From the NCBI GenBank assembly GCA_965287045.1, contig OZ336878.1, positions 48,546,001 through 48,610,000 on the forward strand: a DNA stretch of 64,000 nt. The letters run 5' to 3'. Within the stretch, counting starts at the first letter, position 1. The number at the start of each line of letters is the position of its first letter. The position numbers and the translations under genes were made by a program. This document shows positions 1 through 13,225 of this stretch, one piece after another. The notes beneath the pieces are model-generated. The model was given only the letters and a program-made list of their open reading frames with translations, was not told the DNA's origin and did no database searches. This DNA is from Carcharhinus amblyrhynchos. Taxonomy: Eukaryota.

Positions 1-1507
1 AATGATGAGAGGATTATTTTGTTCTTGTAACTCCCATTCAGAACAAAGGGACAATCCTGTGGTAACATGACTCATAATCGCCATACTTTGGTTCAGTAGA
101 AAGTCCATTTTAAAAATAGCAAAACAATAAAATCGATATATATAGTTTGGATTTATTTTCATGTCTTATTGACATGATAGTTGCCACTGCACCAGGAGCT
201 TCTTGGAATCAATAAGTCGAGCGTGCGCTGCATCTGATATTTACCAGCCTCTCCACTGGAAAAGGTACCACCTCCCTCCTCCCTTTTTAATTCCTGCCGC
301 TCCTACTGCCTGAACTGGAATAGTGAAGGTGGCCGGCCACCATAGCAACAGCCTGCGATGTGTCAGACTCCAGGCTCCAGGTCTCCCTGCCATTTCTAAT
401 TGGACAGCAAGCTAATGAACATGGGACTTAGGAGAAGGAATAGGCCATTCAGCCTTTCAAATGCGCTCTGCCATTTGATAAACCTGGTGTTGTCAGACTT
501 TTTACCATTTGGAGTAGACAATCCAGGTGACTAACCACTCCTGTAGCAGCAGTCATTATGCCTTTACTGCAGCTCACTGTGCCCCATTCCCTGCTGCTTA
601 GTTTTTCTTTTCAAACAGTACTTCAAAGGCTACAAAATTTTGAGATTTCTTGATGTCATGAAAGATGCCTTTTTAAAATTATTAACCATTGAGTTAGATG
701 GTTTGGCCATGAATTTAGAGGAATGACGTGATCTTATCAAAACATAAGATTCTTAGAGAACTTGATAAGATGGATAAGGATGGCAGAGGGGACGGGGGCA
801 TATCTTTCATGGGAGAGGCTACAATTAGGAGGCAGTTTAAAAATAAGAGTTCTTCCTTTTAAGCTTTGGAGTTCTTGGGAGATCAGACACATCTACACTT
901 CTCTTGGTCCCATTTTGGTATCCATGGAACAGCAGAGTACAGGTATAATGAAGTATTCAATTCTATCATTATGGTCTCCTACATTCTTGATATGAGAAGA
1001 AGGAGACAAAGATGAAAACTTTGAGGGCCTGGCATGACAAAAAACTGTTGGTCTCACACAAACAACTGTACAAGGTGTTGGGTGGCATGACAAAGAGTTT
1101 CTCTACAATGGCTGGAAGGGCCCAGACTAAAATTAAGAAGAATCTAACTGCCATAGTTATATTCTAAAATCCCACTGCACCAGCCTGTGGTTTTCCTGGG
1201 GATTTGTATCTGCAATGAAGAGGTCCTTGAACGACACAGAAGTCAGAGAAAATTCTAAGTTACTTCTACCATTTGTTTTAGTTTGACTTCACACACTGTT
1301 TTCCCTTTGGGGAATAGTAAGGTAGTGATGGGGGGGATTCATGAGCTGATTATTAGCCCATTGAACTGCGTTGAATGCTCCTTCTGCGGCCAACAAGCCC
1401 TGGCATTGGACTTAAACCCATAGCTTCTGTATCACAAGACTCCTATTTCTGCTATTAATTAGGCATTCAATATTTCGCACCTTCAATTAAAGTCAATGAC
1501 AATCATT

Positions 1508-1815
1508 GGGCAGCACAGTGGTTAACACTGCTGCTTCACAGCGCCAGGGACCTGGGTTCGATTCCCCGACTTGGGTGACTGTCTGTGCAGAGTCTGCACT
1601 ATCTCCCCATGTCTGCGAGTGTTTCCTCCAGGTGCTCTGGTTTCCTCTCATGGCCCAAAGATGTGCAAGTTAGATGGATTGGCCATGCTAAGTTGCCCTT
1701 TAGTGTCAGGGAACTAGCTAGGGGATATGGGGATAGGGCTGAGGTGGGATTGTGGTCGGCAGACTTGATAGACCAAATGGCCTCCTTCTGCCCTGTAGGA
1801 CTCTATGATTTTTAT
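1508..1815 (+). mobile_element. HE1-type V-SINE (tRNA-derived head, V-domain, CR1/HER1-like tail)
   Basis: Head GGGCAGCACAGTGGTTAACACTGCTGC...GGTTCGATTCCC (A/B-box-like); central TCTCCCCATGTCTGCGAGTGTTTCCTCCAGGTGCTCTGGTTTCCTC; tail AAATGGCCTCCTTCTGCCCTGTAGGACTCTATGA. Confidence 0.85.
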
Positions 1816-3487
1816 GCATTACAGACAGTTTTGCACACTGCTACCATTTAGACTTTAAAAATCATGCTGCTGGTATCCCAGCAGTGGCATAATATATTAA
1901 TTTTAAATGCATTTAAGTGATGTGATGTTCTTGCTTATTGAAAAAACAGGCACTTAAACCATCATATTGTCAAATCAATAACTTCTTTTTAGGCATTATT
2001 ATTCCTTAAACATTTATTGTTGCTAATCTGCTCCTTTACTTGTATGCTTAACTAAATAAGTCCCTCAGGAATTTTTAAAAAATGCTTTAAAAAGTCAATT
2101 AAATAATTGCATTATGATATATGTATGAATATTTAATCCATTAAAGGCAAAACCAAACATCAACAGGACAGTGTTCAGATATCTGCAATACCCTGTGACC
2201 GTGGTGTTTCCGACTTGCTGCAAAGCTTGTCGTGTATGCTCTTAATTAAAAACAGAGGAAAATATGGAGTAAAATGATCAGCAATAAGATCAGTACACAA
2301 AATAGTGAAATGGAAGGCCTACATGGCTCATCTAGCAGGAAAATCAAGACCAGTGTGAAGCCTGGCACAGGGTGGAGCCTGCACCCATCACTCAAACCAA
2401 CTTCTGAACTGAACTGTTGCCAAATAAATATTTTTTTGTTGTGACAGAGGTAGCAAAAACAACTGTAATGTATTTAAGAGCACAATATATTTTTCTTATA
2501 ACATTGACACAAAGAGATAAATAGACTTGTGCCCCCAAAACCAATTTGCATGATGACCAAAGAAATTACATGTACAGCCACTCTAAATCATTATTTTGAG
2601 TGGCTTCAAATATGCTGTTTGTGTCAATGACATAAGTATGCAATTTTCTCATAAGAGGTGTTATAAAAATATCTGCTGGCTAGAGTTCCTTAAAGCCTAC
2701 TGTCTATCAACGCCCCCAACTCTTCTATTTCTGTCTGTCATTAATTGTTATCCAAATATGCAAGCTTGATGAGTCACAACGAGGTATAGGATTAGCTTCG
2801 AAGCATCTCTTTATAACATGCTCTATGCAAAATAAAAAATAAAACATGCCCAATACAACAAATAGAATAAAAACTCCAAAATTTTGATATGAATCAAGTA
2901 ATTTATTTGAGAAAATATTCAAATACAAAATATTTTCCTTTCTTGAACAGAGCATTCACCAGCAATTGTCTCTTGCAATTACTACCCAAGCAGTAGCCCA
3001 TAAACAGCATTATGGCAAGGTAAAAATTTAAGTGAAAAAATTATGTTCAAAAATCCTACAAACTTCAAAGTCGTCAGCCTAATTTAGCAGCCGTTGCACT
3101 TTCAGAGCAAAATACTTTCAAGAGCTCCCTGTAGGTGAAGTGAATGAGTTCCTAGGTATGGCCAATAACCTGCAGTATACATGAACCACAGAGCCCCATC
3201 CTGATGCTTCTAGCTACCCATTGAGAAGGTGATGAAAGTTAATATTTCATGAGTTAATCTGTTTAATGTAAACATACACTGCAAATTAGTAGATGTTATC
3301 AGCATGTACTGAGGAAACATAAAAGGGACCGGTAGCAGAGAAATCTAGGACTGCAGTAACTTTAACTGCAACAGTGCTAGCTGGGATTTGGAGATCTTGC
3401 TGGAGAAGATAGCATTACTTTGCAATAGCCTTTCTAAAAACTTATACATATAACACATTTTTAGGAAGGCTACTTTAGAGTACAGAC

Positions 3488-3872
3488 AATAGAACCTTCT
3501 AAACTCTTAAGGGACTTCTGCCAACACATTATTTTTCTGCAGTTGAATTCTTCTGACATTTCTATTCGAAGGAACAGGAAGAGTAGCAACAGCAAGATGA
3601 AAGATTAAACAGAGATGCTGTTGCAGGAAGACCAAGCAGAAAGAGATAACCCTCTCATCAGAATGTATAAGTGCTCTATTGTCATGCTTACACGTACGGG
3701 AGGGTTATCTCTTTCCATTTGGACTTCCTGCAACAGCATTTCTGTTTAATCCTTCATCTTGCTGTTGCTACTCTTTCTGTTCCTTAGAGTAGAAATGTCA
3801 GAAGAATCCAACTCCTACTGTAGAAAAATAGTGTGTTGGCAGAAGTCCCTTAAGAGTTTAGAAGGTTCTATT
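3488..3872. repeat. Long inverted repeat (~170-bp arms, ~40-nt spacer)
   Basis: 3488 AATAGAACCTTCTAAACTCTTAAGGGACTTCTGCC... is the reverse complement of ...GGCAGAAGTCCCTTAAGAGTTTAGAAGGTTCTATT 3872. Manual alignment shows about 13 substitutions and one 6-nt indel. Confidence 0.95.
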
Positions 3873-4744
3873 ATCATTAAAAGAACATCAGCCTAAAACT
3901 ATAATCCAATACTAGCAAAATTTCTTCCAAAGCTTTTCAGGATTAGACGCAGGGGCAGATTTGTAGCCCTTCAAAGAATGCTGGAAATAATTGCCTCTCA
4001 CCATGTACCACTCACATTGTCTAGTCAGATTGAGGAAGTAACAATGATGAACTGAGCTGAGGCAAAATATGCCAATGAGTAGGATCCTGACAACAACAGT
4101 TTGTATATATTTTCAAGCCCATCTGTTCCCAGCAGGTTACTGACAGTCTCAACCAAGGAAGATGATATAATTTTTCCTTGAAAATGTCTCCCAAGTATCG
4201 TACATAGACAATCAGTACAATAGACAATGACTTGAATCTGTTGAGTAGATTGTCACTGCATGCAAAGATTTTCCTGATCCAATGCTGCTGCATACAATTT
4301 ACAAAGAGGAAAATAAAAGATTGTGGGCCGGAAGTTTATGGCCTCGCTAGTTCCAAAACCATAAAATCCCGCCTGAGGTCAACAGATCTTTCCATGTTCC
4401 AGTCCAATTTCCATGGATGTTGGGGCCTTTACTTTTTGTAATGGGTGGCTGATCTAATGGTTCAAAAACCAAGATGGAAATTAGGGCCAGTAGAAAAGAA
4501 AAACGCTGAATGTGACATCTAACGATAAGGACAATGCTGCCCACTAAATCATACATGTATTCTGTAAATCCCAATGTGTTTCCAAAATGGGAGGGAAACC
4601 AAAAAAATAGTGCATCATGATAAACAGAAAGCTACTATGCCAGAAGAAAATGGTCCCAATTTTTAAAAAATGGCAAAATTCAGATCTGTGTGGATTTGAA
4701 TTGGCTGAATGACACTATGAAATGGAGATAATTCTGTACATTAT

Positions 4745-6297
4745 TACCCCATACGAGGCCAGGTATCTAGATGGGTGGAGAACTGGCTTGCTAAGAGGAG
4801 ACAGAGTAGTAGTGTAGGGGTCCTTTTCTAGCTGGAGGTCTGTCACTAGTGGTGTGCCGCAGGGCTCAGTACTGGGACCTCTTCTCTTTGTAGTATATAT
4901 AAATGACTTTGAAGAGGGAGTAAGTAGTATGATCAACAAATTTGCAGATGACACTAAGATGGCTGGATTGGCGGGCAGTGAGGAGCAGTGCCTGGCAATA
5001 CAACGGGATATTGATAGGCTGGTATATTGGGCAGATATATGGCAAATGGAGTTTAATCCGGATAAATGTGAGGTGATGCATTTTGGCCGGAATAATGTAG
5101 GGGGGAGTTATATGATAAAGGGTAAGCCTATAAAGAGTATAGAAACACAGCAAGTCCTGGGGGTGCAAGTGCACAAGTATTTGAAGGTGGCAGTACAAGT
5201 GGAGAAGGTTGTGAAGAAAGCCTATGGTATGTTAGCCTTTATAGGAAGGGGTATAGAATATAAGAGCTGGAGTCTAATGTTGCAGTTGTATAGAACGTTA
5301 AGCCGCATTTAGAGTACTGCGTCCAGTTCTGGTTGCCTTACTACCGGAAGGACGTGGAGACTCTGGAGAGAGTGCAGAGGAGGTTTACCAGGATGTTGCC
5401 TGGTATGGAAGGACTGGGTTATGAGGAAAGATTGAGCAAATTGGGGCTGTTTTCCCTTGAAAGACGGCGACTGAGGGGGGATCTAATTGAGGTATATAGA
5501 TTATAAAGAGTATAGGTAAACAGAGGTAAGCTATTTCCTATGTTAGAGACACACAGTACGAGGGGCCATGGGCTTAAGGTGAGGGGGGAGAGGTATAACA
5601 CAGATATTAGAGGGAGGTTTTTCACACAGAGGGTAGTGGGGGTATGGAATGCTCTGCCAAGTAAGGTGGTGGAGGCAGGCACGCTGGAGTTGTTTAAGAG
5701 TAACTTAGACAGGCACATGACTGGGTTGGAGATGGGAGGATATAGGAGATTGTTTTAAATAAGGTTCATTAGCATTGGGATGTCCCTGGTAATGTAAAAG
5801 GATGTGGTATGATAATAATGTTTTTCTCTTTTAATTCACAGGTTTTAAGTCGGTCTGCCTTGTTGTCCAACAAGGGGCATACACGCGATGGGTCGTACTT
5901 GGGCTGCTCTTGAATGTTCAAGAGTGGCCTAGTGCTTCATGTCGTTAGTGTGTGCTTAAACTGGACCAGATGCTGGGCAACACGACAGCTCAGTGACTAT
6001 CACTGTTTGCTGTGCAGACACATGGATTTGGGCCAGTGTCTGTGGGAGTTTGTGCATTCTCCCCGTGCTTGCGTGGGTTTTCTCCGGGTGCTCCGGTTTC
6101 CTCCCACACCCCAAAGATGTGCTATTAGGCTGATTGGAAGCAATAAATTGTCCCTTAATTAGTTTCCCTCAATGTGGATTGCCATAAAACAATAGATAAG
6201 GGTCATGGGTGGAGGAGGGGAATGGTAATGTTAAAATGGCGGCGCGGGCTCATTGGGCTGAAAGGCCTGTTTCCCGGGCTGTTTTTGTTCTTTGTTC
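4745..6297 (+). mobile_element. 5'-truncated CR1 LINE (decayed RT C-terminus) with extended structured 3' UTR
   Basis: ORFs 4854-5312 (PQGSVLGPLLF, KFADDTK) and 5540-5758 (FFTQRVVGVWNALP); ends in a GTTCTTTGTTC tail. Same subfamily as 23440-25529. Confidence 0.93.
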
Positions 6298-7574
6298 AAA
6301 CTGACTATAGAGCACATCTGTTTCTTAAATGATACTTTATCTGGGTTTTGCCAGATAACACTGTTTCCAAACAATGCTTTGGTTGCAACTTTCAGAACCC
6401 AGTTTGAGAAATTTTATTTCAGCCAAATCTCAGAAGTTACACATCTCAGAAATAGTTTAGTACAAAGTGAATTAGCTATGGATGGTACAGGAAGGTACTG
6501 TAACTGTCAATGATAACACCCTTACATTAGGAGAAACAGATGCAGCCCACCCTGCATTTCTAGGGATAGTACTCAACACTGTTATGGATTCTGTAGTAAA
6601 ATCAAATGACAACTACATATACATGTTCTAAACTCAAAGTACTTTTAAAACCACCAGTAGTGGTAATATAATCAATTCAAATCTAGGTTAAGTTACTGCT
6701 CTTTGGAAGCATTCTTTTCCCAAAAATGTCAGTAAACTAATTCAATTTTGAGAATGATCTACTATCTGGGGAGACTTCTGAAAAGTCTGCTATTTGTTAT
6801 GCATCCAATGACTGATTTATTGAAGGCAAGAACATGGACTAAATGGTTTCAATGCTACAGTTGTATAATACAATCAAATGTGTTGTGAATGTAGGTGCAG
6901 CAGTTACAGCTCAAGGTGTGCACTCTTATAACAGCTCAAGATAAATCTTGAATCAGTTGCTTTTTCTTCACAAGCTTTTGGAAGTGAAATAAATATGTGG
7001 TTCTTTAAGAGTTGAGCTTAAAAGTAATACATGACTAAAAAAAGTATTGCATACTCAGGAATCTTTCAAAGACAGTCTCTGTAAAAATCAATGTCCAGAA
7101 ACAGTGAAGATAAGTGCTTTGTTAATCGCCCAGTTTAAAACTGAGCCACAATTTGTTTTTTTAGCCAAGGTTTCCACTTCTGATCTTTATCAAGTGGATG
7201 CTGCTATGAAATGCACGCTTTTGGATGTTTTATGAAGACATGATCACATTTGGCTGAATTGCCTCTCTGCCACCAGTGAAAATGTTTGCTAACACAAGAT
7301 CACAATGGAAGAACACTTGGACTTGGTAACTATAGGCTGTCAACACCCATGGAACTGTATCTACCATGTTTTAGGACCAAATTGGATAATTTTCACAAAT
7401 GGATGTGGGGATTGCAATTAGCCTATGCCTGTTTGAAATGTGAGCAGTACATCAACTTTGAGCTGCCTGCAAGTTATAATGAATTTTGAGTGCAGCCAGC
7501 ACTTAACTGTGCTGCTGACTGGCTGCACATTGTAGCAGGAATTCAAAATCATAACTTCCTAACACTTAAAGCTA

Positions 7575-7724
7575 AGTTAAAAGCAAAATACTGCAGATGC
7601 TGGAATCTGAAACAAAAACAGAAAATGATGGAAAATCTCAGCAAGTCTGATAGCATCGGTGGAGAGAGAATATAGCCAAAGATTCAAGTCTGGATGACCC
7701 TTCGTCAGAACTCTGATAAAGGAC
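7575..7724 (-). mobile_element. Short Penelope-like (pLTR-derived) insertion with degenerate hammerhead motif
   Basis: Perfect 12-bp TSD CACTTAAAGCTA at 7563-7574 and 7725-7736. Minus strand reads CTGACGA-A-GGGTC-ATCCA-GACTT-GAAT. Homologous to 22099-22224 and 39772-40003. Confidence 0.75.
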
Positions 7725-8662
7725 CACTTAAAGCTAGCCTTCATCTCTTAAATGAGAAGTGGATTGTGACTAAAATAGTTGCCGGGAATCTTGCAGGAAG
7801 TGAAACTATTCTGGGAAATAGTGGGGAATGGCATAACATGAGAGCAAGCATTCCACTACAGATCTAGTTGGGAGGAGGAAAGGAAGAGAAATGACCTATC
7901 TTTAGGGAAGAAAGTTGTGCTCCAAACATGTAATTAATGGCAGAAAGAGCAGACAACCATAAGAGGTCAAAACCAGCACCAAGCTTAATGACCTCAAACA
8001 TGAGCCAAGGTCAACGAATGCATCTTCAAATGATGTCGTACAAACTGCACCACTATACTCAGACATGCTTCAATTCACTACAATCCTATCAACAATTTGT
8101 CAACCATGTATTAGACCTCAATGATGAGGCAACAAGAGCACCTTCCCTTATACAATAGTGCATGGCTAACTGTTGCAAAAATCTCCAGTTCCAGTCCAAA
8201 AATACAGTCGCTGTTACTTTTGCAGCCACTGGCTTGTGGTCTTGTCCTTTCTGATGTGGCAGTCGTGGCTGCAGCAGGTGTAGGTTTCAGCGTAGTTCAA
8301 ATATCTCAGACGTTGTACTGTGGTGAGACTCAAGTTGGATAATTGCCACATAAACACTGTGGGCAGGTAAGGCCCCCTGCTGAAACCTGGCTTGTCATGT
8401 TGTGCATGTCTTGTCTGCATTCTGCCTGTCACCCTTTGTATTATAAAAGGAATGCCTGCTAGTGCTGGAGGTCATCAGCTGAACTAATGAGCTCCAAAAT
8501 GGCACTACTGGTGTCAAATGCATGTTGTACGTTAACATGTCCGCTCTGCATACACACATATATATGGTCTGCTGCATGGGTGCTAATGCCCTCACCAATA
8601 TGTCATTCAATGTAATTCACTCCAGAAGTGTATGCATGTACACCAGAGACCATTTTAGTCTG

Positions 8663-8955
8663 TGGGCAACATGGTGGCACAGTGGGTAGCACTGCTGCCT
8701 CACAGTGTCAGGGTCCCGGGTTCAATTCCCAGCTTGAGTCACTGTATGTTCTCCCCATGTCTGCATGTGTTTCCTCCAGGTATTCTGGTTTCCTCCCATA
8801 GTCTAAAAGATGCACTGGTTAGGCACATTGGCCATGCAAAATTCTCCCTCAATGTATCTGAACAGGCACTGGAGTGCGACTAGAGGTTTTCACAGTAACT
8901 TTATTGCAATGTTAATATATGCCTACTTGTGACACGAATAAATAAACTTAAACTT
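8663..8955 (+). mobile_element. V-SINE with alternative tail
   Basis: tRNA-like head TGGTGGCACAGTGGGTAGCACTGCTGCCTCACAG...GGTTCAATTCCC, then V-domain, then tail TTTCACAGTAACTTTATTGCAATGTTAAT...AATAAATAAACTTAAACTT. Confidence 0.8.
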
Positions 8956-10738
8956 AGTCCCCAAACAACAAGGTGCATGACCATGCCCAATATTGTGCTC
9001 AACTGAGAAAGGCAAAAAGTAAAAAAGTCAATGCAAAATACAGGTTCTCCCTCAGTTAGAGAGATCCATTTCAAGTAATCTTGTGACTAATGGAATTCAA
9101 ATATTTGACAAAATTCATTGTACCTGAAGTAATTAATAAGTGACTTTGACCAGCTAAGGCAGGTCAGCACACTGGCTGAGAAACTCGAATTCATAATTTT
9201 AATGTAGCGCATGGCAAAACAAAATTTACATGCTGTACATGTATGTGGTTAGAACTAGTAATCGCATTAGAGTTGTGCAGCAGATTAAGATCAAAGTATG
9301 ACTAAGGTCTGCATATGCAATCTCATGATCATAAATTTCAAAAAGGTGTTTCCGTAGAGTAGTTGTGCTCAGAACATATGGCTTCATTTACTGCAGTACT
9401 GCTTGCAAGTTTCCCACGTTTATTAAAGCCTCTAATGAGCATGCTGATCTTCTTTCAAGATGCAGAAAAGTCTGTATCCTACAGCACAGGAAGGTAGGAT
9501 ACATTGCAACATTATATTTTGTAATGTCTTTCATTATTCGTGGATTGAACCCTCACTCGAGGCATTAATTTAAAAAAATACAGAAAAAGAGGCTGAGTGC
9601 TACAGAATAGAGGGAAAAAAGAAAAAGACAAGAGGACCACGTAAAACTAAGAAAGGATTGCACAATAGACGGAAGGGGTAAAAGACCAAGCACCACACAG
9701 CAGCTTGAGAAAGAAAGAACTAAATAGCAGACCAAAACAAAACTACAAAACACTTTTCAGACTTTACTCAAACACATTTCACTGCCTTGAGAGAGTAAGG
9801 GGGTGAAATGGACAATATATTTAGTGCACAGTTTGAAAAATATTAACTTGATATAGTGCAAGCATATAATAGGTTTTCCAATTAGTGAGGAAGGAGATTA
9901 AAAGTAAAACACAATCCCTCAGGTCAAAATTCTTAATAAAAAACATTTCAACTTGCAGTCAGAAACCACAAGTCTATGACTTGCAGTCATAATAATGTCT
10001 TGCTAAATTTACATCATAATGCATTTGAGTGCAAAATATACATTGCATTAAGAGTTGGCATAAGCTGGGACTTTTCCCAACATTGCTATTTCTTAATTTG
10101 AGCTATTTGATTTAAAAGTCAGTACGAGGGAAACGCAATGGAGATCAATTTCTATTTATAAAAAGGCAAAGATATGTGCAGTTGGGCTAAATTTGATAAT
10201 GGATGCGTAGATTGTGATGTGCAGTTAAATTGTACCCATCATCTGCAACATAGGCAGTACTTACAGGGCTGCCCAAAACGCTAATAAGGAACTAGTTTCC
10301 AATCAAACTACGCACTTTCTGCACACAATGCACTTAGCACATGCATGCCTCGCTTTCCCTATAGCCATCGCCACCGCCCCCCAGCCCCCACTCCACCCAC
10401 TAACTGGAAGAGATGCTTTTCCCACCCTCCTCCTCAACAAATGTCGCTGGCATTGGAGCCTTCCCAATGGATTCTCCTTCATGTCCCCACCCCCACTCAA
10501 ATCCTGCCCGGTGACGCTGTCCAGCCAGGTCCCCAGTCAACTGGGGGCTTCAATGGTCTCCAAGCTCCTCTGGTGTGGCCATCAGTAATGATTCTCGCTG
10601 GGTTCCTACTGCACCTAACTGTTGGAAAATCCTGGAGACAGGAAAGATCTGACCTCAAACAGACTCAGCATATCTGGTTCCTGACCTTACTGGGTGGGAA
10701 CCAGATTATGACAAGGCGCAGTAGCTGGGAGGATCATA

Positions 10739-11450
10739 ACAGATGTACTAGGTCCAAGTAAAGAGGGCATTTTGAAATGATTGCACAAAATAAATCCAAG
10801 TTGTGGGTCCAAGAATCCTTATTAAAAAAGGGAGTGAGACAAAAAACAGGTAATTTTAGGCCAGTTGGCTTAACATTCATCAGTGAGAAAACATTAGAGT
10901 CCCTTATAAAGGATGTAATAGCCAGTACTGAACACATTAAACCCCTCACCCGCAATACTCCATCTCCACTCCGTTCTAATGCAATCTGCAACCAGCACAA
11001 TACGGCCAGAAAATTGCAGCCTATGCTTTTGAGTATCATATAACTCTAATAAGGAGGTTCCCAAGAGTTTCATTCATTCAGTAAGTCAAAAGGGAGTGGA
11101 TGTTTCAGATATCAATAGACAACAGAGTTGTGTGACCTTAAAGGTAAAGCAGAAACATTAAGTGATCAGTTTTCCAGTGTATTTACCAGAGAAGATACTA
11201 TATATATATATATATCCAGCTTAGGCAGGAATGACTTGCTAGATGTACTAAAATCCAAGTAAAGGGGGCATCTTGAAATAAATCCAAATAAAGTTGAGGG
11301 TCCAAGAATCCTTATCAAAAAAGGGAGCAAGACAAAGGGATGAGAGCTATAGGCCAGTTAGCTTAACATCTATCATTGGGAAAATGTTAGCATCCCTTAT
11401 AAAGGATCTAATATCAGAGCATTTAGAAATGCACAATATAATCAAGTAGA
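10739..11450 (+). repeat. Locally duplicated, internally deleted CR1 RT fragment (two ~185-bp copies)
   Basis: 10741 AGATGTACTAGGTCCAAGTAAAG...CCCTTATAAAGGATGTAATA vs 11241 AGATGTACTAAAATCCAAGTAAAG...CCCTTATAAAGGATCTAATA; peptide KKGVRQKTGNFRPVGLT. Confidence 0.7.
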
Positions 11451-11471
11451 GTCAGATGGCCTCGTTGCGGC

Positions 11472-11493
11472 GGGGGGGGGGGGGGGGGGGGGG
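11472..11493 (+). repeat. Poly-G tract
   Basis: Run of about 22 G. Confidence 0.95.
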
Positions 11494-12408
11494 TTCTGTT
11501 TTGCCAGAGTTCCACATTTGCAAATGACAACTGATGAGAAATACCGCTTTCTAGTTTTCTGACTGATTTTAATTCCCTTTGAACCTCAAATTCCACTTCC
11601 CACACTATCACCGTATCCCTCAATTCCCTTCATATCCAAAAATGTTTACTGTGATCATAAAGACTGAACAAATTACAATTTATGTAATAATTTATTCAGC
11701 CAAGGAGAAGTCAATCACCCCCAGTAAGAACACCTGCAAAGATGTGACGGATTCACAAACAAAATCATGGTATCTGTTGTTGTTGATATATACTCTATAA
11801 TACTGGTACAAAGCAATCACTAGCAGAGCACAAATCAGAACTCAGTGGGTGAATTCCAACTCAGCCTCAGCTTGCCAGAAACTTGACTCTGAAACTCTTT
11901 GAAGCAGATATTTTCCAGGGAACGTAATGACATTAAACATGTAGGGAGCTACACAGTTTACGTTGGCCAGGATTTTCTTGCTCCACCTGCTGCTAGTTCC
12001 GCCAAAAGTCAATGGGCTTTTGGCAGACCCACTGCATCCATCACATCAGGTCGTTATCACAACGCGGCTACAACTGTCTGTAGTAGAGGATACATTTTTC
12101 TGTGAGATTCAAATATCAGCTCCTTGTCGATGAATGAAATTAAATGAACCACATTTCTCCTGGGATTAGAAGTGTGTCTGATTTTTAATTACAAGGGCAT
12201 CAGATGAAACCACCCACAGATACATTTATTCCAAAACCTGATTTAGACACTTGCTGTTTCAGATAATGGGCTAATTGAGATGTGCACTATCAGTGGAGAT
12301 CCTGGATATCAGAGTGTTATGGTGAAAGGAAATATACCAAAATAACAGAATTCAAAGAACATATGAAGGGCAGAGCTATGAATTTGCACTGCTTTCAAGT
12401 GACAATAT

Positions 12409-12530
12409 GGCCAGAATTTTACCATCCTGCCAGCCACGGGAATCAGAGTAAGGGGTGGTCCATGGAAAGATACGTTGACTTGGGCTGGATTTTAGGGTTT
12501 TGGGATGAGAAAGGATGTAAAATCCTACCC
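12409..12530. mobile_element. Small MITE-like element (probably PIF/Harbinger-derived)
   Basis: Imperfect TIRs GGCCAGAATTTTACCATCC / GGATGTAAAATCCTACCC. Similar GG-N4-ATT termini occur at ~4324-4375, ~11965, ~14910-15018 and ~29611-29735. Confidence 0.5.
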
Positions 12531-12570
12531 AGTGTACCTGTGGGGAGGGGATGAGAGGATTGGAGATAGA

Positions 12571-12573
<3 letters not shown>

Positions 12574-12612
<39 letters not shown>
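12574..12612 (+). repeat. (GA)n microsatellite
   Basis: About 19 GA units. Confidence 0.95.
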
Positions 12613-12617
<5 letters not shown>

Positions 12618-12859
12618 TTGTGGATGGGAGGCTGAGCAGGGTGGAGATGAGAAGGGCATGTCATGAGGGCATAGACATGAAGAGAATGGAGGTATATCTG
12701 GAAAATGTGGATTTCATCTCCTCTCTCTGAGCTCCACTGTTCTTCTTGGTGTCCATGTTCTCTCATTCGCAAATCTTAAAGCCAATTGCTCCATGATAAG
12801 AAAACATTATTTTAGTTCAATCCTATTTGTCTCAACTGTTGGATGCAGCAAATGATTGA

Positions 12860-13012
12860 TAGCAACAGCATTAGCCATCTTTTACTTGACTTTGTGTCTT
12901 TATATGCTCTGTTTGTGAGCTGAAATCCCACTCACCCAACAGAGGAGCAGCACTCCAAAAGCTAGTGGCTTGTGCTACCAAATAAACCTGTTGGACTTTA
13001 ACCAGGTGTTGG
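12860..13012 (+). mobile_element. Decayed Penelope-like pLTR fragment (same family as 55617-55897)
   Basis: GGAGCAGCACTCCAAAAGCTAGTGGCTTGTGCTACCAAATAAACCTGTTGGACTTTAACCAGGTGTTG; the hammerhead core is mutated. Confidence 0.7.
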
Positions 13013-13225
13013 GATAAATATTGGCCGAGGCAACCAGAAGAATACTCTTAACTTTTTTCAAGATATCACCAAGAGATCTTTTACATCCCTTTGAGAATGA
13101 ATATTTCATCTGAAAATTGGCACCTCTAACAACAGCATCCTTTTGGTACTGTACTGGTCAGTCTAAATTTTATGCTTTAGCTCCTGGAAGGACAATTTAA
13201 ACCTACAGCCTTTGAGCCACCACTC
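13011..13225 (-). mobile_element. Ancient DeuSINE-type (AmnSINE/SacSINE1-like) remnant
   Basis: GGGATAAATATTGGCC...GATCTTTTACATCC...TCATCTGAAAATTGGCACCTCTAAC resembles the reverse strand of the Deu domain. Recognised from memory; degenerate. Confidence 0.55.

Noticed and set aside
1508-1570. tRNA genes at SINE heads
   Set aside because: The A/B boxes are followed by V-domain and LINE tails with no complete cloverleaf, so these are SINEs.
7900-8640. Possible Gypsy gag/protease remnant or host exon
   Set aside because: Only faint motif resemblance; too degenerate to support a call.
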